Origin: Octopus sinensis
Lineage: Eukaryota
Reading direction: 5' to 3'
Assembly: GCF_006345805.1 (NCBI RefSeq)
Contig: NC_043020.1
Coordinates: 806,001-870,000, forward strand
DNA length: 64,000 nucleotides
In this document: positions 51,356 to 64,000 of the stretch, piece by piece
Layout: each line of letters begins with the position of its first letter
Position numbering within the stretch: the first letter of the stretch is position 1
Made by a program: the position numbers and the translations under genes
The notes under the pieces: model-generated
Seen by the model: only the letters and a program-made list of their open reading frames with translations
The model's database searches: none
Told to the model about the DNA's origin: nothing

Positions 51356-51800
51356 ATACCATAAAACCCCATGTAATTTGTGCACCTGAGTAATTTACGC
51401 AGGTGATTTTTCAGGATAAAATTTATTAAAAAAAAGCTTCTACTCATGTAAAATTCGCACCCAAAAGTTTTCAGAATTACTGATATAGCCAGAGGAAGAA
51501 GGCTTTCAATTTAGTTACATTTAGCATAATTTCACTTAATTATGATTAGATTTTATTAAATTTTCATTAAATAAAAATAATTTCTATTTAACAGGTGTCA
51601 CATTGAAAGCTATTAAATTACAAAGCGTTTGTGTTGTTTATAATAAACTTTATTTTACATTTCTTGCCCACGAGAGATTATGTCCGATCTTTAGCACACT
51701 GCTGTATGTCTTCTCAATTCATAATCACAGGAAAAGTTGTTGATAATTACCAAAAAAACCGAAGCTGATAAATACGCACAGGTGTTGCAAATTAAGGTTA
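51356..51800 (+). mobile_element. Possible pogo/Tigger-like DNA transposon remnant; related scraps near 5900-6045, 52980-53030, 56650-56730
   Basis: It starts with TACCATAAAACCCCATGTAA and carries repeated subterminal tgtaatttacgcacc motifs. No ORF is present. Confidence 0.4.
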
Positions 51801-51869
51801 ATTACCAATAAACATCAGCTTGGATGACACTTTTGCTCAACCGACAGAAGGTGACCGATCAAACTGATT

Positions 51870-52120
51870 ATCATCATTTAGCGTCTGCTTTCCATGCTTG
51901 CATGGGTTGGACGGTTCAACTGGGGTCTGTGAAGCCAGAAGGCTGCATCAGGCCTGGTCTGATCTGGCAGAGTTTCTACGGCTGGATGCCCTTCCTAACG
52001 CCAACCACTCCGCGAGTGTAGTGGGTGCTTTTTACGTGCCACCCGCACAGGAGCCAGATGGAGCTGGCAAACGGCCACGAACGGATGGTGCTTTTACGTG
52101 CCACCGGCACGGGGGCCAGC
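51870..52120 (-). mobile_element. SINE family C with ~2 internal repeats
   Basis: The family C 3' part is followed by ggtgcttttacgtgccacc units. Confidence 0.85.
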
Positions 52121-52287
52121 AGAATTCTTTTCTGCCTAGTCTTGTCGGAACCTTTGATATGGAATATCGAAATTTTGATTCCTTTTACACTTATAAAATG
52201 TCAAGCAAACTTAAAAATTTGTCGTTACTGTTGATGTCAGTGTGGGCAGAACTTATGAATGGTTTACTGCAAAGGAGAAATTAAATA

Positions 52288-52690
52288 TACTCTTACTCTT
52301 TTACTTGTTTCAGTCATTTGACTGTGGCCATGCTGGAGCACCGCCTTTAATCGAGCAATTCGACCCCGGGGCTTATTCTTTTGTAAGCCCTGTACTTATT
52401 CTATCGGTCTCTTTTGCCGAACCGCTAAGTAACAGGGACATAAACACACCAGCATCGGTTGTCAAGCAATGCTAGGGGGACAAACACAGACACACAAACA
52501 CACACACACACACATATATATATATATGTACGACAGGCTTCTTTCAGTTTCCGTCTACCAAATCCACTCACAAGGCTTTGGTCGGCCCGAGGCTATAGTA
52601 GAAGACACTTGCCCAAGATGCCACGCAGTGGGACTGAACCCAGAACCATGTGGTTCGTAAGCAAGCTACTTACCACACAGCCACTCCTAT
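52288..52690 (-). mobile_element. SINE family A
   Basis: It is collinear with the other copies. Confidence 0.9.
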
Positions 52691-53734
52691 GCTGATAGGT
52701 AGAAACTCTAAGCAATGTAAAATATGGCCCAGACTGTGTTTACCAGCATGAATGTCAGACTTCAAAAAGTAGTTAACCTTTTAATGGTTTTAGTAAATTT
52801 ATACAGAAAATGTAAGCATTGTACCGTCCAGCATAAATAAGTCAACTTCATTATATTTAAGCCATTTTTTTTTCTGTAAAAGCCTATTCTGACAGTAAAT
52901 GAGTCAACTTCTGATACAAAGGTTTATGTTTTGGGCATCTTTTTTGCAGCAAAAACAATTTCAAAAAGAATTCTGGAAACAATCTACTCGTGTAATTTAC
53001 GCACCTGCTAAAGTTTATTTACATATTTGCAAAAAAAACAAAAAAAACACATGGGTTTTTACAGTAGTAGTAGTAGTAGTAGTTGTAGTAGTAGTAATAA
53101 TAATAATAAATAATAATAATAATAATAACAATAATAACCTTTTCTGCTCTAGGCACAAGGCCCAAAATTTGGGGGGAGGGGGCCAGTCGATTAGATCGAC
53201 TCCAGTACTCAACTGGTACTTAATTTATCAACCCCTGAAAGGATGAAAGGCAAAGTCGACCTCGGCAGAATTTGAACTCAGAATGTAAAGACGAATGAAA
53301 TGCTGCTAAGCCTTTTGCCCAGCGTGCTAAAGATTCTGCCAGCTCACCACCTTGATAATAATTATAATAATGATTTCAAATTTTGGTACAAGGCCAGCAA
53401 GTTTGGATGAGGGGGGGGGGGGGCGAGTCGATTACATTGACCCCCATCCCCACCCATGTTCAACTGGTACATTTTTTATCGACCCCCAAAAGGATGAAAG
53501 GCAAAGTCAACCTTGGCGATATTTGAACTCTGAACGTTAAGTCAGAAGAAATACTGTTATGCATTTTGTCTCTCATCATAACAATCCTTCCAGCTCACTG
53601 CCTTAAAAATAACAACAACAACAATAATGATTATGATGACGATGATGATGATCATGATGATGATGATGATGATGATGATAACGTCCTCTGTGACTAAAGC
53701 AATATTAACACTCTTTCGTTTCTTTTCTTTTCAG

Positions 53735-53847
53735 AGATATTCATCTAAATCCAGTTTCGAAGGATGTTAAAAGTCTACGTGAACGGCTTGAGATGGCCAC
53801 CCTTGAACTAAAGGGATTGGCAGAGAAGAAAAATGTTTCTTCCACCT
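53735..53847 (+). CDS. FUT8: FUT8-like second coding exon (stem/coiled-coil region)
   Basis: The acceptor is tttcttttcttttcAG (53733-53734) and the donor GTAAGT starts at 53848. The first base completes the split AA|A Lys codon of exon 1, giving an open amphipathic frame K-DIHLNPVSKDVKSLRERLEMATLELKGLAEKKNVSST. Homology was not checked by search. Confidence 0.78.
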
Positions 53848-54039
53848 GTAAGTTTATCTTTTCTTTTTCTCCTTTCTTTTCTTCATTAATATGGCAGCCA
53901 GGGTGGCTAGATCGGGTGGAAGTGTACTGAGCAGAACATGTGCTTCGGGTTTCAATCCCTACTCCATGATACCTTGAGGAAGTGTTATCCACAGTAACCT
54001 CTTAACGGGGACATAAACACACCTGGCCTCTGTGTCTAA

Positions 54040-54170
54040 ATCAGTGGTTCTCTGCTGGGGTGCATATGGCCCTTGGTGGGGTCAACATAAGATTTTGCTG
54101 TCATAATTTATGTGCAATTAAATGGTCTTATTTCTACAAGAATGGTATGAGGGGGTTAAGTTGACTGATA
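54040..54170 (+). mobile_element. hAT/Charlie-like MITE 5' fragment; related piece at ~61245-61330, similar end at ~31969
   Basis: A CAGTGGTTCTC terminus follows gtctaaat, which resembles the Charlie NTCTARAN target. The two copies share ...cataagatttt. Confidence 0.45.
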
Positions 54171-54515
54171 TTTTATGAATGCAGTGTTTGCGATAGAGTG
54201 GACTCTACTGCTACAGGGACTTCCCCTATCCCAAGTTAGACCTGGCAACAGATTAATTCTACCATTCACAACAGGAACGGGTTCTTGCATTGATTGGCTT
54301 CTACACAGTTTCCACCTCCTGAATTTTCACTCATAAGATTTTGACCAATCCGAGGTGCCATGCTGTGGGATTGAACCTGTGGCCATTTAGTTGTGAACTG
54401 CACTGTTTGACCATAGCTGCATCCACCCAGTAATCAATCTTCTCAGTTATCTCTCTTACCAGACTCTGATAGAAATAAGACATTTTGATTTTGTTAATGT
54501 GAAGCCGACACACAC

Positions 54516-54566
<51 letters not shown>

Positions 54567-55240
54567 CTTCAACTTTAGTCTTTTGCACATTTGCATGTGT
54601 GTGTTGTTGTTGTTGCTGTGTTGTAATGCTTTGACTTTTTTTGTTTTTGTTTTTGTTTTCTTCTTTGAACGATTCTGTTTACCATTCCTACCGCGGTCTT
54701 CTCACCAAATTCCTCCTCCTGTTTCATTTTCTCCCAGCGAGAAAGGCAGTCTCGTTACATTTTGCACCTGCTTTACCTTTCGTAAATATTAAAAAGAAAT
54801 TTCAACAGTTCACAAGAAGAATACTTCAGATGACTGGTGCTATTTTAGTCCTGTGTTTATAAGAAGCAGATCAATCCTAATCTCCACATTAATTTTTTAT
54901 ACACACACACACATATATACACACATATACACACACATATATTTTGTGTCTATTGATTAATTCTCTTCTGTGTACAGCAATATCTGCTTCTGCTAAACTA
55001 ATACCATAGAAATGTGTTTACTATGAACTCTAAGACTGCATTATAGTGTCTTGCACTGACCTTCTCATTACTGGCATCAGCTGTATTTCTGTTGCAGCAG
55101 TTGTATGGCTACGCGGCAGAATTGTTAGCCTGCCGGGCAAAATGCTTAATGGCATTTCCCGCGTGCCTTTACGTTCTGAGTTCAAATCCCACTGGGGTTG
55201 ACTCTGCCTTTCATCCTCTCAGGGTCAGTAATATAACTAC

Positions 55241-55392
55241 TCATCATCATCATTGTTCGACCGTGGTTGAGACAATGGAATTTACCATGCTACGCCAGAC
55301 TTCACGGTCCATCATGCCTGTATCCCTGGAGATTACATCAGGGAAGGAGAGTGTGCGCCCTCTGGTATCGCAAGCAGATGGCTTCCAGAGGA

Positions 55393-55434
<42 letters not shown>

Positions 55435-55900
55435 TCATTGTTTGACTGTGGTCGAGACAATGGAATTTACCATGCTACGCCAGACTTCACGGTCCATCAT
55501 GGCATTATGGAGGTCCTGTTGCTCGATGCCTGTATCCCTGGAGATTACAGCAGGGTAGGAGAGTGTGCGCCCTCTGGTATTGCGAGTAGATGGCTTCCAG
55601 AGGAGAAGAGTAGAAATTACCTCGTTTTCAGCTCTACAACAATGTCCAGCAAACTGGACTCTCCTAGCTTTCACAAGAGATGACACAGGTGGTAGTTTCC
55701 CATATATTTGCATTTTGGTTGGATGACGCTTCCACGAGAGATTTTGAGCTCTCATAAGGAGGCGAGTGTAGGTTCCATCCAACCACCTCTCAAGCTTCTT
55801 TGATAACGTCCAGGTTTCTGAGCCTTATAGTAGAATTGGTTCGACTGTGGCTTTGAAGATTTCAAGTTTGAAGTCTCTACTTAGATTTGATGACCAGATC
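55241..55900 (-). mobile_element. RTE-type LINE 3' fragment with one extra (ATT)n-spaced copy of its 3' end, inserted in a family B-variant SINE
   Basis: The LINE part spans 55435-55900, (AAT)n spans 55394-55433, the reiterated end spans 55254-55393, and a (CAT)n tail follows. Confidence 0.9.
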
Positions 55901-56069
55901 TTATGCACACTAGTTGAGTACTGAGGTCAATATAATCGACTCCCCCCACCCGCACCTCACCCCTCCAATTACTGGCCTTGTGCCAAAATTTGAAACCAAT
56001 GTGTGTGTGTGTGTGTGGTGAGAGGGCAGAATCATTAGCGCAGCAGGCAAAATGCTTGACTGTAATTTG

Positions 56070-56400
56070 TCGGTGAGCTGGCAGAATGGTTAGCACACCG
56101 GGTGAAAAGTGTAGCCGTATTTCGTCTGCCGTTACATTCTGAGTTCAAATTCCGCCGAGGTCAACTTTGCCTTTCATTCTTTCGGGGTCGATTAAATAAG
56201 CACCAGTTTCGCACTGGGGTTAATATAATCGACTTAATCTGTTTGTCTGTCCGTGTTTGTCCCCTCTGTGTTTAGCCCCTTGTGGGTAGTAAAGAAATAG
56301 GTATTTCATCTGTCTTGATGTTTTAGGTTCAAATTCCGCTAAGGCCTGCTTTGCTTTTCATCTTTCCATGGTCAATAAAATAATTACTAGTTGAACACAG
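56070..56400 (+). mobile_element. SINE family B, one unit plus a partial second unit
   Basis: The head is present, with the junction aaagaaata|ggtatttc near 56300. Confidence 0.85.
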
Positions 56401-57599
56401 AAAGTCAATGCAGAGTAAGAGTATTAAAAAACACTGCACTTCTCTGCCAAGCCATGTCGAGTCTGTGCGGGACATAGTAGGCTCATCAAACTAGTACGAT
56501 CTCCAACTCAAATTCGCAACCTCCACATCAGACTGTGGTTACTGGGGAGAACATGCTGAGGCCCTTGCCTTGCAGTGGATTGAACATACACAACCCAATC
56601 CAATATTATTGTAGTTTTTCTTCGTAGTTGGTGGAGAGTGTCTTTGCAGTGAAATGCCATGTTTTCTGAATACCCCCTAGTTTTAATCTTGAATTTTGGT
56701 GGGTAAAAAAAGGGGTGAGTATTATACATAAATTTTAATGTTCATATTTGATCTGTATTAAATGGCTAAGTCACCTTTTTGATGCGAAGGGATGCAACTC
56801 GTGACACCAGCATGTACAAACAAACATGGTTTGTTTTTTTTTGCAATCAATATATATATAGTAAACACAAGGTCTTCTCTCTCTCTCCCTCTTTCTCTCC
56901 CTCTCTCTGGAATATTACTCTTCCTGCATTAATGTGCAATATGCATGCCAATTTGTCAAGTTTTGCTAATGTGTCACAGGTCACTGGTGCAGAACATCTC
57001 TCATAAATTCATTGTTTGTTTGAACTTTTTTCTGTCCCTGCGTTCCCACGGCATTATTGCAGTCGGTAGGTTTGACAACGATATATATCAACCAAACGAG
57101 AAATATTCCCGGAAACACAGAAACTTAAATCTATCATGAATACGACATATGGAGTAACGGAACCGTAATGGCCTGCAGCTGAGTCTAAAGATCATTATCT
57201 TCCTTGGAATTAATTCTTCTTTTTTTCCCTTTCTTTATTTGTTTATGTATTATTGGCATGCGGCAGGGATGGAGGGGTGGGAAACGGTTCAACATGTATT
57301 CTAAGATCTTTTTTATTTATCGGTGGATATTGGAGTTGGGGGGTGGGGGTGGCGAGTGTAGGAGACGGTAGAGGATCGCATGTATTTGGATAGCTTTGTT
57401 TTTTTGGGGGTCCCCCCGACTTCTCCGGCGTTTTCTTCCCCCCTTTTTACAGAAAGCAATAACTCAAGGTCTTTGTGTTTTCTGATTCAGCAATAAAGCA
57501 GGGAAAAACTTGTTTGTCACTTGCCTCCTGTTTGTGCGTTCACACACACATTATACACATGCGTGTGTGTGTGTGTGTGTGTATACATATATATATATA

Positions 57600-57838
57600 T
57601 ATACGTGCACACACACGTGCACACATTTGCACAGGCACATACCTGCACACACACACCTGCATACCCCCCCCACACATACATACATTATACACATACATGT
57701 CTCTGTGTGTATATATATACATACTTGCACACACATACGTGCACACACCTGCACATGCACATACCTGCACACACACCTGCATACCCCCCACAAACATACA
57801 CACATTATACGCATACATGTCTGTGTATATATATTATA

Positions 57839-57875
<37 letters not shown>

Positions 57876-57990
57876 GTGTGTATATATATGTATATGTGTG
57901 TGTATATATATACATATATATATATGTATATACATACTTGCACACACACACGTGCACACACCTGCATACCCCACACTCACACACACCTGC
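57600..57990 (+). repeat. ~120-bp CA-rich tandem repeat (2-3 copies)
   Basis: acgtgcacac...cacctgcatacccccc...cattatac.catacatgtct recurs. Confidence 0.8.
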
Positions 57991-59646
57991 TCACCTGCAC
58001 ACAAGTAGGCTATAGTTAACTTGATAGACTGACTGCATTAGACTGTTAACCAGGAGGTCAACAATTTATTGTATGTCTGAGACACTTGTCTGCCAAACAG
58101 TAGTCTTTCTAGTTATAGTATGTCTGTGTGTGTGTGTACACACACGTGTGCACGTGTGTGTGTGTGTCCCCGTGTGTTTATTTCCTTTCTGTGTTATGAT
58201 TAAGAACGCTTTCTCTTTTTTACTTTTTTACCTTTATTATAGCTTAGTGTGCAACTCGTTAGATTAATTGTCGTACCCACATGTGCATATAATTTTTTAA
58301 TTATCTAAAAGAAAATAAACACAAATAATTATTTATTCGTCTCACTTTGGTTCCATTTCGTTATATTTCATTTTCTTCGATATTTTATTTCCCCACGAAC
58401 CACATTTTATTCGAATTTCTTTAATTTATCTCTTTATTTAATTTCATTTTTAATTCCCGTATCTCGGCAAATGTTTCTCTAGCAGCAAGTCTAGTCACAA
58501 CAGAGACCGACAAACTTTCTCCAATTGTTTATTTCGTATCCAAGTTAATTTATTTCCATCCAAAATTCTCTCTCTCTCTCTTTTCTTCAATTCACCATAA
58601 AGAAATCAGTCACCAGTCACCACCAAGAGGCTGTCAAGAAATGTTTCATTTCTTAACCTCTAAATTTGCTGAAATAATCATTTCTTCTTGTTCGTTGATG
58701 GCTTCTCAATCTTCAGATTGGGTCCTGTTATTGTCAGCTTCAAAGAAATTGGGACTTTCTGGGAAATGAAACAAATTGATTTTTCTCCCCAACAGCCTTC
58801 CTAAATGCATATTGCTTCTATTTTTTCTTCGTTTTACCAATTCTTTATTTCTTTTCACTTGAGTGGAGACAATATGCGAACGTACAGGCAGATACAATGG
58901 AGATATCCTCTTGCCATTGTAATGAATGGCACAGTGTGTTGGTATGCATTAACAGAAAGAAGAATCTATTTGCCACTGACCAGTGACAGGCATTTCTAGT
59001 GAAGGATTTGACTGCTCACTTTTGATTGGATAGTTTTGATATAGATTGCGTAGTAATTCTTCATCTCTTTTCCTCATTCATTCTCTTCTTCCATCCCTTG
59101 ACATATCTTGGGCACCATCTTCTGTCTTGTTTTCTTGCTAGGAATAAAAGTCTTCTGCCACTTACCCTGGTCCTCCTCTGCTCCATCGTCCCTGGCCATA
59201 TCTCAGAATGGATTCATAGCTTCTGTTTGATATTTACGTATAAAGTCTATTTTGCTTTTACTGGAAACGAAATTAAGATATAAATGGGCTTTTGTTGTTG
59301 TTGTTGCTGTTGCTGCTGTTGTTGTTGTTGTTGTTTTTCTTTATAATGTAAAATGGAAGATAACACAGGCAGCAAAAGATAGTGCAAGTTGCTCGGTAAC
59401 TAGTAGGATAGATAATAAAGATGAGAGATATATTTGTGGATGGGCAAAAGATGATACAAAGTTGAAAGATGCTGGGGACGAAGGAAATAAATGAGTTGAA
59501 GTAATCCAAGAAATAATCCAAATGTGGTTCTATCTGTTAAAAGCTGAAGATAAGGGTCAGCGCTATGCCTTTCTCAACCCTGTCCCATTAAGATTACAGG
59601 TGTTTATTCTAAGAAATTCCAGCTGAAAATCAGCAGGATTGGTTAC

Positions 59647-60017
59647 CATCATCATCATCAGCGTCGTCGTTTAACGTCCGCTTTCCATGCTAGCATGGGT
59701 TGGACGATTTTGACTGGGGTCTGGTGAACCAGATGGTTGCACCAGGCTCCAATCCCGATTTGGAAGGGTTTCTACAGCTGGATGCCCTTCCTAGCGCCAA
59801 CCACTCCTAGAGTGCAGTGGGTGCCTTTATGTGCCACCTGTATGAGGGCCAGTCAGGTGGTACTGGCAACGGTCATGGAAAAATCGTGTTTTTTTTTTTA
59901 TTTACGTGTCACTGGCACACCAGCACAAGTGCCAGTAAGGCGACGCTGGTAACGATCACGCTTGAGTGATGCTTTTTACGTGCCACCTGCACAAACGCCA
60001 GTTAGCTGCCCTGGCAA

Positions 60018-60020
<3 letters not shown>
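59647..60020 (-). mobile_element. SINE family C with degenerate internal repeats
   Basis: catcatcatc..tttaacgtccgctttccatgctagcatgggttgg followed by gctttttacgtgccacc units. Confidence 0.8.
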
Positions 60021-60053
<33 letters not shown>

Positions 60054-61467
60054 TTATCAACAGCACTATCATCATAATCAGTTAATGTCCACTTTTCTGT
60101 GCTTGCATGGGTTACATGGAATTTGTTGAGGCAGATTTTCTATGGCTGGATACCCTTCCTGTTGTCAACACTTGCCTGTTTCTTTCCAGACAAGGTAATA
60201 TTTTTCCTGGAAGACTAAAAGCAAACAACCTCCCTTCTATGCTGATGATGATGTACATTTACAACCATTAGGTGATATCTAGACAAGGGTATCTATCCAT
60301 CTATCTATCTCTCTCTATCTATCTATACACACACACACACACACACACACATTATCATACAGAGTGCGATGGGTAAATTGTTGCCATTTTGCATTTTTAA
60401 TTTTATGGACTCAACCATATTCTAAAATAAGTCGAAAGGTAAGCTACTATGAATCGGCACGGACTTTCCGGACAACCCAATATATATATATATATATCTT
60501 GATCAAGTTGACACTTGCATATCTATTTATTTGTGTGTATGTGTGTGTGTGAGGGGAGTGTATATGTTTGTGTGTGTGTGTGATTGTCAGAGAATGCACT
60601 TTATGTCCACCACTGTGGTTACTACACTTCGTTCTGTATTAACTGTTTCCTCTTGTTTGTCAAATCAAACATACACACACACACAGACTCTCACATAAGT
60701 ATGTGCTCTGTTACATACATACATACATACATACACACCCCCAAATGTGTATGTCCGTATCTGTGTATATCTATGTACGTGCATGTGTGTTTATACACAT
60801 ACTCTCACGCACGATGCTTCCTTCCATGCCATACATTGAGTGAAAGATGATCAAAAATAAAACTCTAATACACAAGTAAATATAATTCAAACTTCAACAT
60901 ATTTTCCTGCCAATTTAAAAAAAAATTTATTTATTTATTTTGATACCAATTTCTTTCTCTGATTAATTTCCTATTTGCTATTATGTTAAAAATGAAGCCA
61001 TTGAAATTTAATTGGGATGACTTAAAGAATATCCTCTCCGGCACCGTTTCCTGATTCTTCTACTTTATGTTCTTACCTTATTCTTATTCTGTTTTCTATG
61101 CTTTATTGGGTTAATCTTAGTTGAAATTCTGAAAAATCTGGAGGTTTTGAAACATCTTCTCAAACTTGGGTATTTTGTTTACTAAAAGAAGGCCATTGGT
61201 AGTTAGCAGATGTTACTTAGCTGGACGTCAGGGTCCAATGCAGTTGGTTCTCAGCTGAGGTCCACATGATCCTTAGTGGTCCATATAAGATTTTATTGTT
61301 AAAATCCACATGGAATAAGTTGGTTATACTTCTCTGATAACAGCCAGAAATTTCAGGGGTTGGTGTAAGTCAATTACATCAGTGCTCAATTGGTAACTTA
61401 GTTTTGTAAGTGCTCCACTGATACTTATTCTATCATTCCCCAAAAGGATGAAAGGCAAAGTCAACCA

Positions 61468-61815
61468 CATAGTTCCGGGTTCAGTCCCACTGCATGGCAC
61501 CTTGGGCAAGTGTCTTCTACTATAGCCTCAGGCTGACCAAAGCCTTGTGAGTTGATTTGGTAGATGGAAACTGAAAGAAGCCCGTCATATATATGTATGT
61601 GTGTGTATATGTTTGTGTGTCTGTGCTTGTCCCTCCATCATCGCTTGACAACTGATGCTGGTGTGTTTACGTCCCCCGTAACTTAGCGGTTCAGCAAAAA
61701 GAGACCTATAGAATAATTACTAGGCTTACAAAGAATAAGTCCTGGGGGTCGATCTGCTCGACTAAAAAGGCGGTGCTCCAGCATGGCCGCAGTCAAATGA
61801 CTGAAACAAGTAAAA
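61468..61815 (+). mobile_element. SINE family A (5' end replaced by a family B fragment)
   Basis: aaggatgaaaggcaaagtcaacc joins directly to acatagttccgggttcagtccc. Confidence 0.8.
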
Positions 61816-61957
61816 GGAAAAAGAAAATACACACATGCAAATGTGTGTGTGTGTCTGTGTGTGTGTGTGTGTGTCTTTGCCTCAAGTGCCTCAAATGACT
61901 ATCACCAAAACGACTCCAATGTCCACTCAGCCATACCATATCTCCTGCATCCGAATA

Positions 61958-62358
61958 TATTTCTTTACTATCCACAAGGGGCTAAACACAGAGGGGACAA
62001 ACGGCTTAAGTCGATTATATAGACCCCAGTGCATTACTGGTTCTTAATTTATTGACCCCAAAAGGATGAAAGTCAAAGTCGACCTTGGCGGAATTTGAAC
62101 TCAGAACGTAAAGACAGACGAAATACCTATTTCTTTACTACCCACAAGGGGCTAAACATAGAGGGGACAAACAAGGACAGACAAACGGATTAAGTCGATT
62201 ACATCAACCCCAGTGCGTAACTGGTTCTTAATTTATCGACCCCGAAAGGATGAAAGGCAAAGTCGACCTTGGCGGAATTTGAACTCAGAACATAGTGGCA
62301 GACAAAATACTGCTAAACATTTCGCCCGGCGTGCTAACGGTTCTGCCAGCTCGCCGCT
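61958..62358 (-). mobile_element. SINE family B dimer with a perfect 15-bp TSD
   Basis: tcctgcatccgaata occurs at 61943-61957 and 62359-62373. Confidence 0.92.
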
Positions 62359-64000
62359 TCCTGCATCCGAATAACCACATCCAACTGTCTCATCTCATTT
62401 CTCGACTCCCTTTCATATGTGTCCCCTACATTAAGACACTTTGTTCCCTTTTGGTGTGTTCAGAATCCCATTAGAATCTTTCTTCTATTTTGCTTGCGAT
62501 TATTATGTTAATGACAAGATTTCCAAATTCCGCCTTTAAAACATTTCCAAAGAGCAGAGGTAAAATTTATTATATATTACAGATTTAAATCATGTTTAAC
62601 CCTGTCAGGTTGCAGGTAGTGTGAACAAGAAAAATAAATAAAAATTAAATAGATATTTAAACGAATGTTTTCACATTTGATTTGAAAGAAAGAAAGCTTT
62701 TAATATTCTATTTAGTTATACGATTCACATAAAAATATATTTTTATCAGCTCCTTTACGATTTTCATTTAGAAATAATTTAAATAAGAGAAAAAAAAAAT
62801 TAAGAGAATATAGAATAAAAATAACTATAGAAATATTTTTTAATAAGCAAATAATAAAAAAAAAATGCTGTAAATATAAAGCAAAAGACTAAAAAAATTT
62901 TTGAATGTTGTTGATGATATAGAAATATAATTTTCAGTTGAATATCATTTATTAGATTTGAAAATGATATTTTTATTCTCATTGCTTTCAATTTCATTGA
63001 ATACCAAGTATTATTATTTTTTTTTCCTTTTTTTTAAATCATTTTTAAAAGAGTAATTTAAAAGAACTCAAAACACAGAGCCGCTGAATATAAAAAGCAA
63101 AGAATTGAAGCAAGGAGAATCAATTTAAGACAGTAAACCTTCAGGTCCACTTCCAACAAGATCTATTCACAACCAAACACAACCCTTCATTCATAACAAA
63201 AATTTCTTTTCTTTTTCCCCCCACTAAATTTAGATTCTATTTTTCTTGTTATTGTTGTTTTACCCCACCCTACACACACACACACACACACACAGACATT
63301 CGAATTTGAACATTCTCTATTTATTTAGTTATTTTAATAGAAAGAAAAAAAATTTTTTTTTTTCAGAATTTAAAAAAAAAAAAAATTCTTTTTATTTAAA
63401 TTTGACAGTTTCTGAGAATTTCTGTGGAAAATCTTTGTTATTTCGTGAATTTTTATTTCTGTTTACATAGTTATTAATAATAGCATTGACCAAATATTTA
63501 CAACGCTGTTTGTATTGTACATTCTGTGACATCTAAGGTCAGTTCTCTGCAAACACAAGAGCCCAATTCTACCCAATTAAACTCGGTCACGTGACATTTT
63601 TCAAGTGATACTTTTGTTGACAGGGTTAAACAGTTTAATGGCTTATGTCGTAGATGGCCAAGATAATCCAATAACCTGACCAGGAAATATTGTATCAACA
63701 AATTTGCTAGCAAGTGTACCGCTAACATTAGAGAAATGATCTTCTTTAAATAATGAAATTAAAACTGAACCACAGTTTTATATTGCTTGACACTGTCTGG
63801 CTTCCTTCTCTGTCTGTCTGTCTTTCTTGTGTGTGTGTGTGTGTGTAGTTGTATGTTCATATTTATAAAAAAGAAAGACAGTGTATCACAATTCAAGGTT
63901 AAGAGTACTCAAATGATAGTGTATGTGTTTATTCAAATAATGTCCCTCACTTACAAGTTCTGTATAAATATGTATACACACACATATATATACACACATA

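Larger units (their letters stand above)
7200..53734 (+). other. ~46.5-kb GT-AG intron of the FUT8-like gene
   Basis: It has a canonical donor and acceptor with compatible phase, and I found no other convincing exon between them by eye. Confidence 0.7.

Overview
This is repeat-saturated eukaryotic DNA. The microsatellite load and SINE families suggest a coleoid cephalopod, probably Octopus (inference, not verified). The only supportable host gene is a + strand alpha-1,6-fucosyltransferase (FUT8-like). Its first coding exon (7000-7199) joins in phase across a ~46.5-kb GT-AG intron to a second exon (53735-53847). The rest is intron filled with at least five tRNA-head or (GAT)n-tailed SINE families, three 3' fragments of an RTE-type LINE, a decayed mariner, a TTAA-flanked piggyBac-like MITE, hAT/pogo/Helitron-like scraps, and micro/minisatellites. 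Nearly all long ORFs in the ORF track are low-complexity artefacts. The most unusual signals: (1) one SINE family occurs as 2x-5x head-less 184-bp multimers, each bounded by its own target-site duplication; (2) the last ~170 bp of the RTE LINE is reiterated behind (ATT)n spacers at two independent loci with the same breakpoint; (3) several near-perfect fold-back structures would form long dsRNA in the pre-mRNA (candidate ADAR substrates), notably a 95-bp-arm palindrome at 11761-11962. There is no CRISPR array, intact transposase or genuine tRNA/rRNA gene. Family names A-E are my own working labels.
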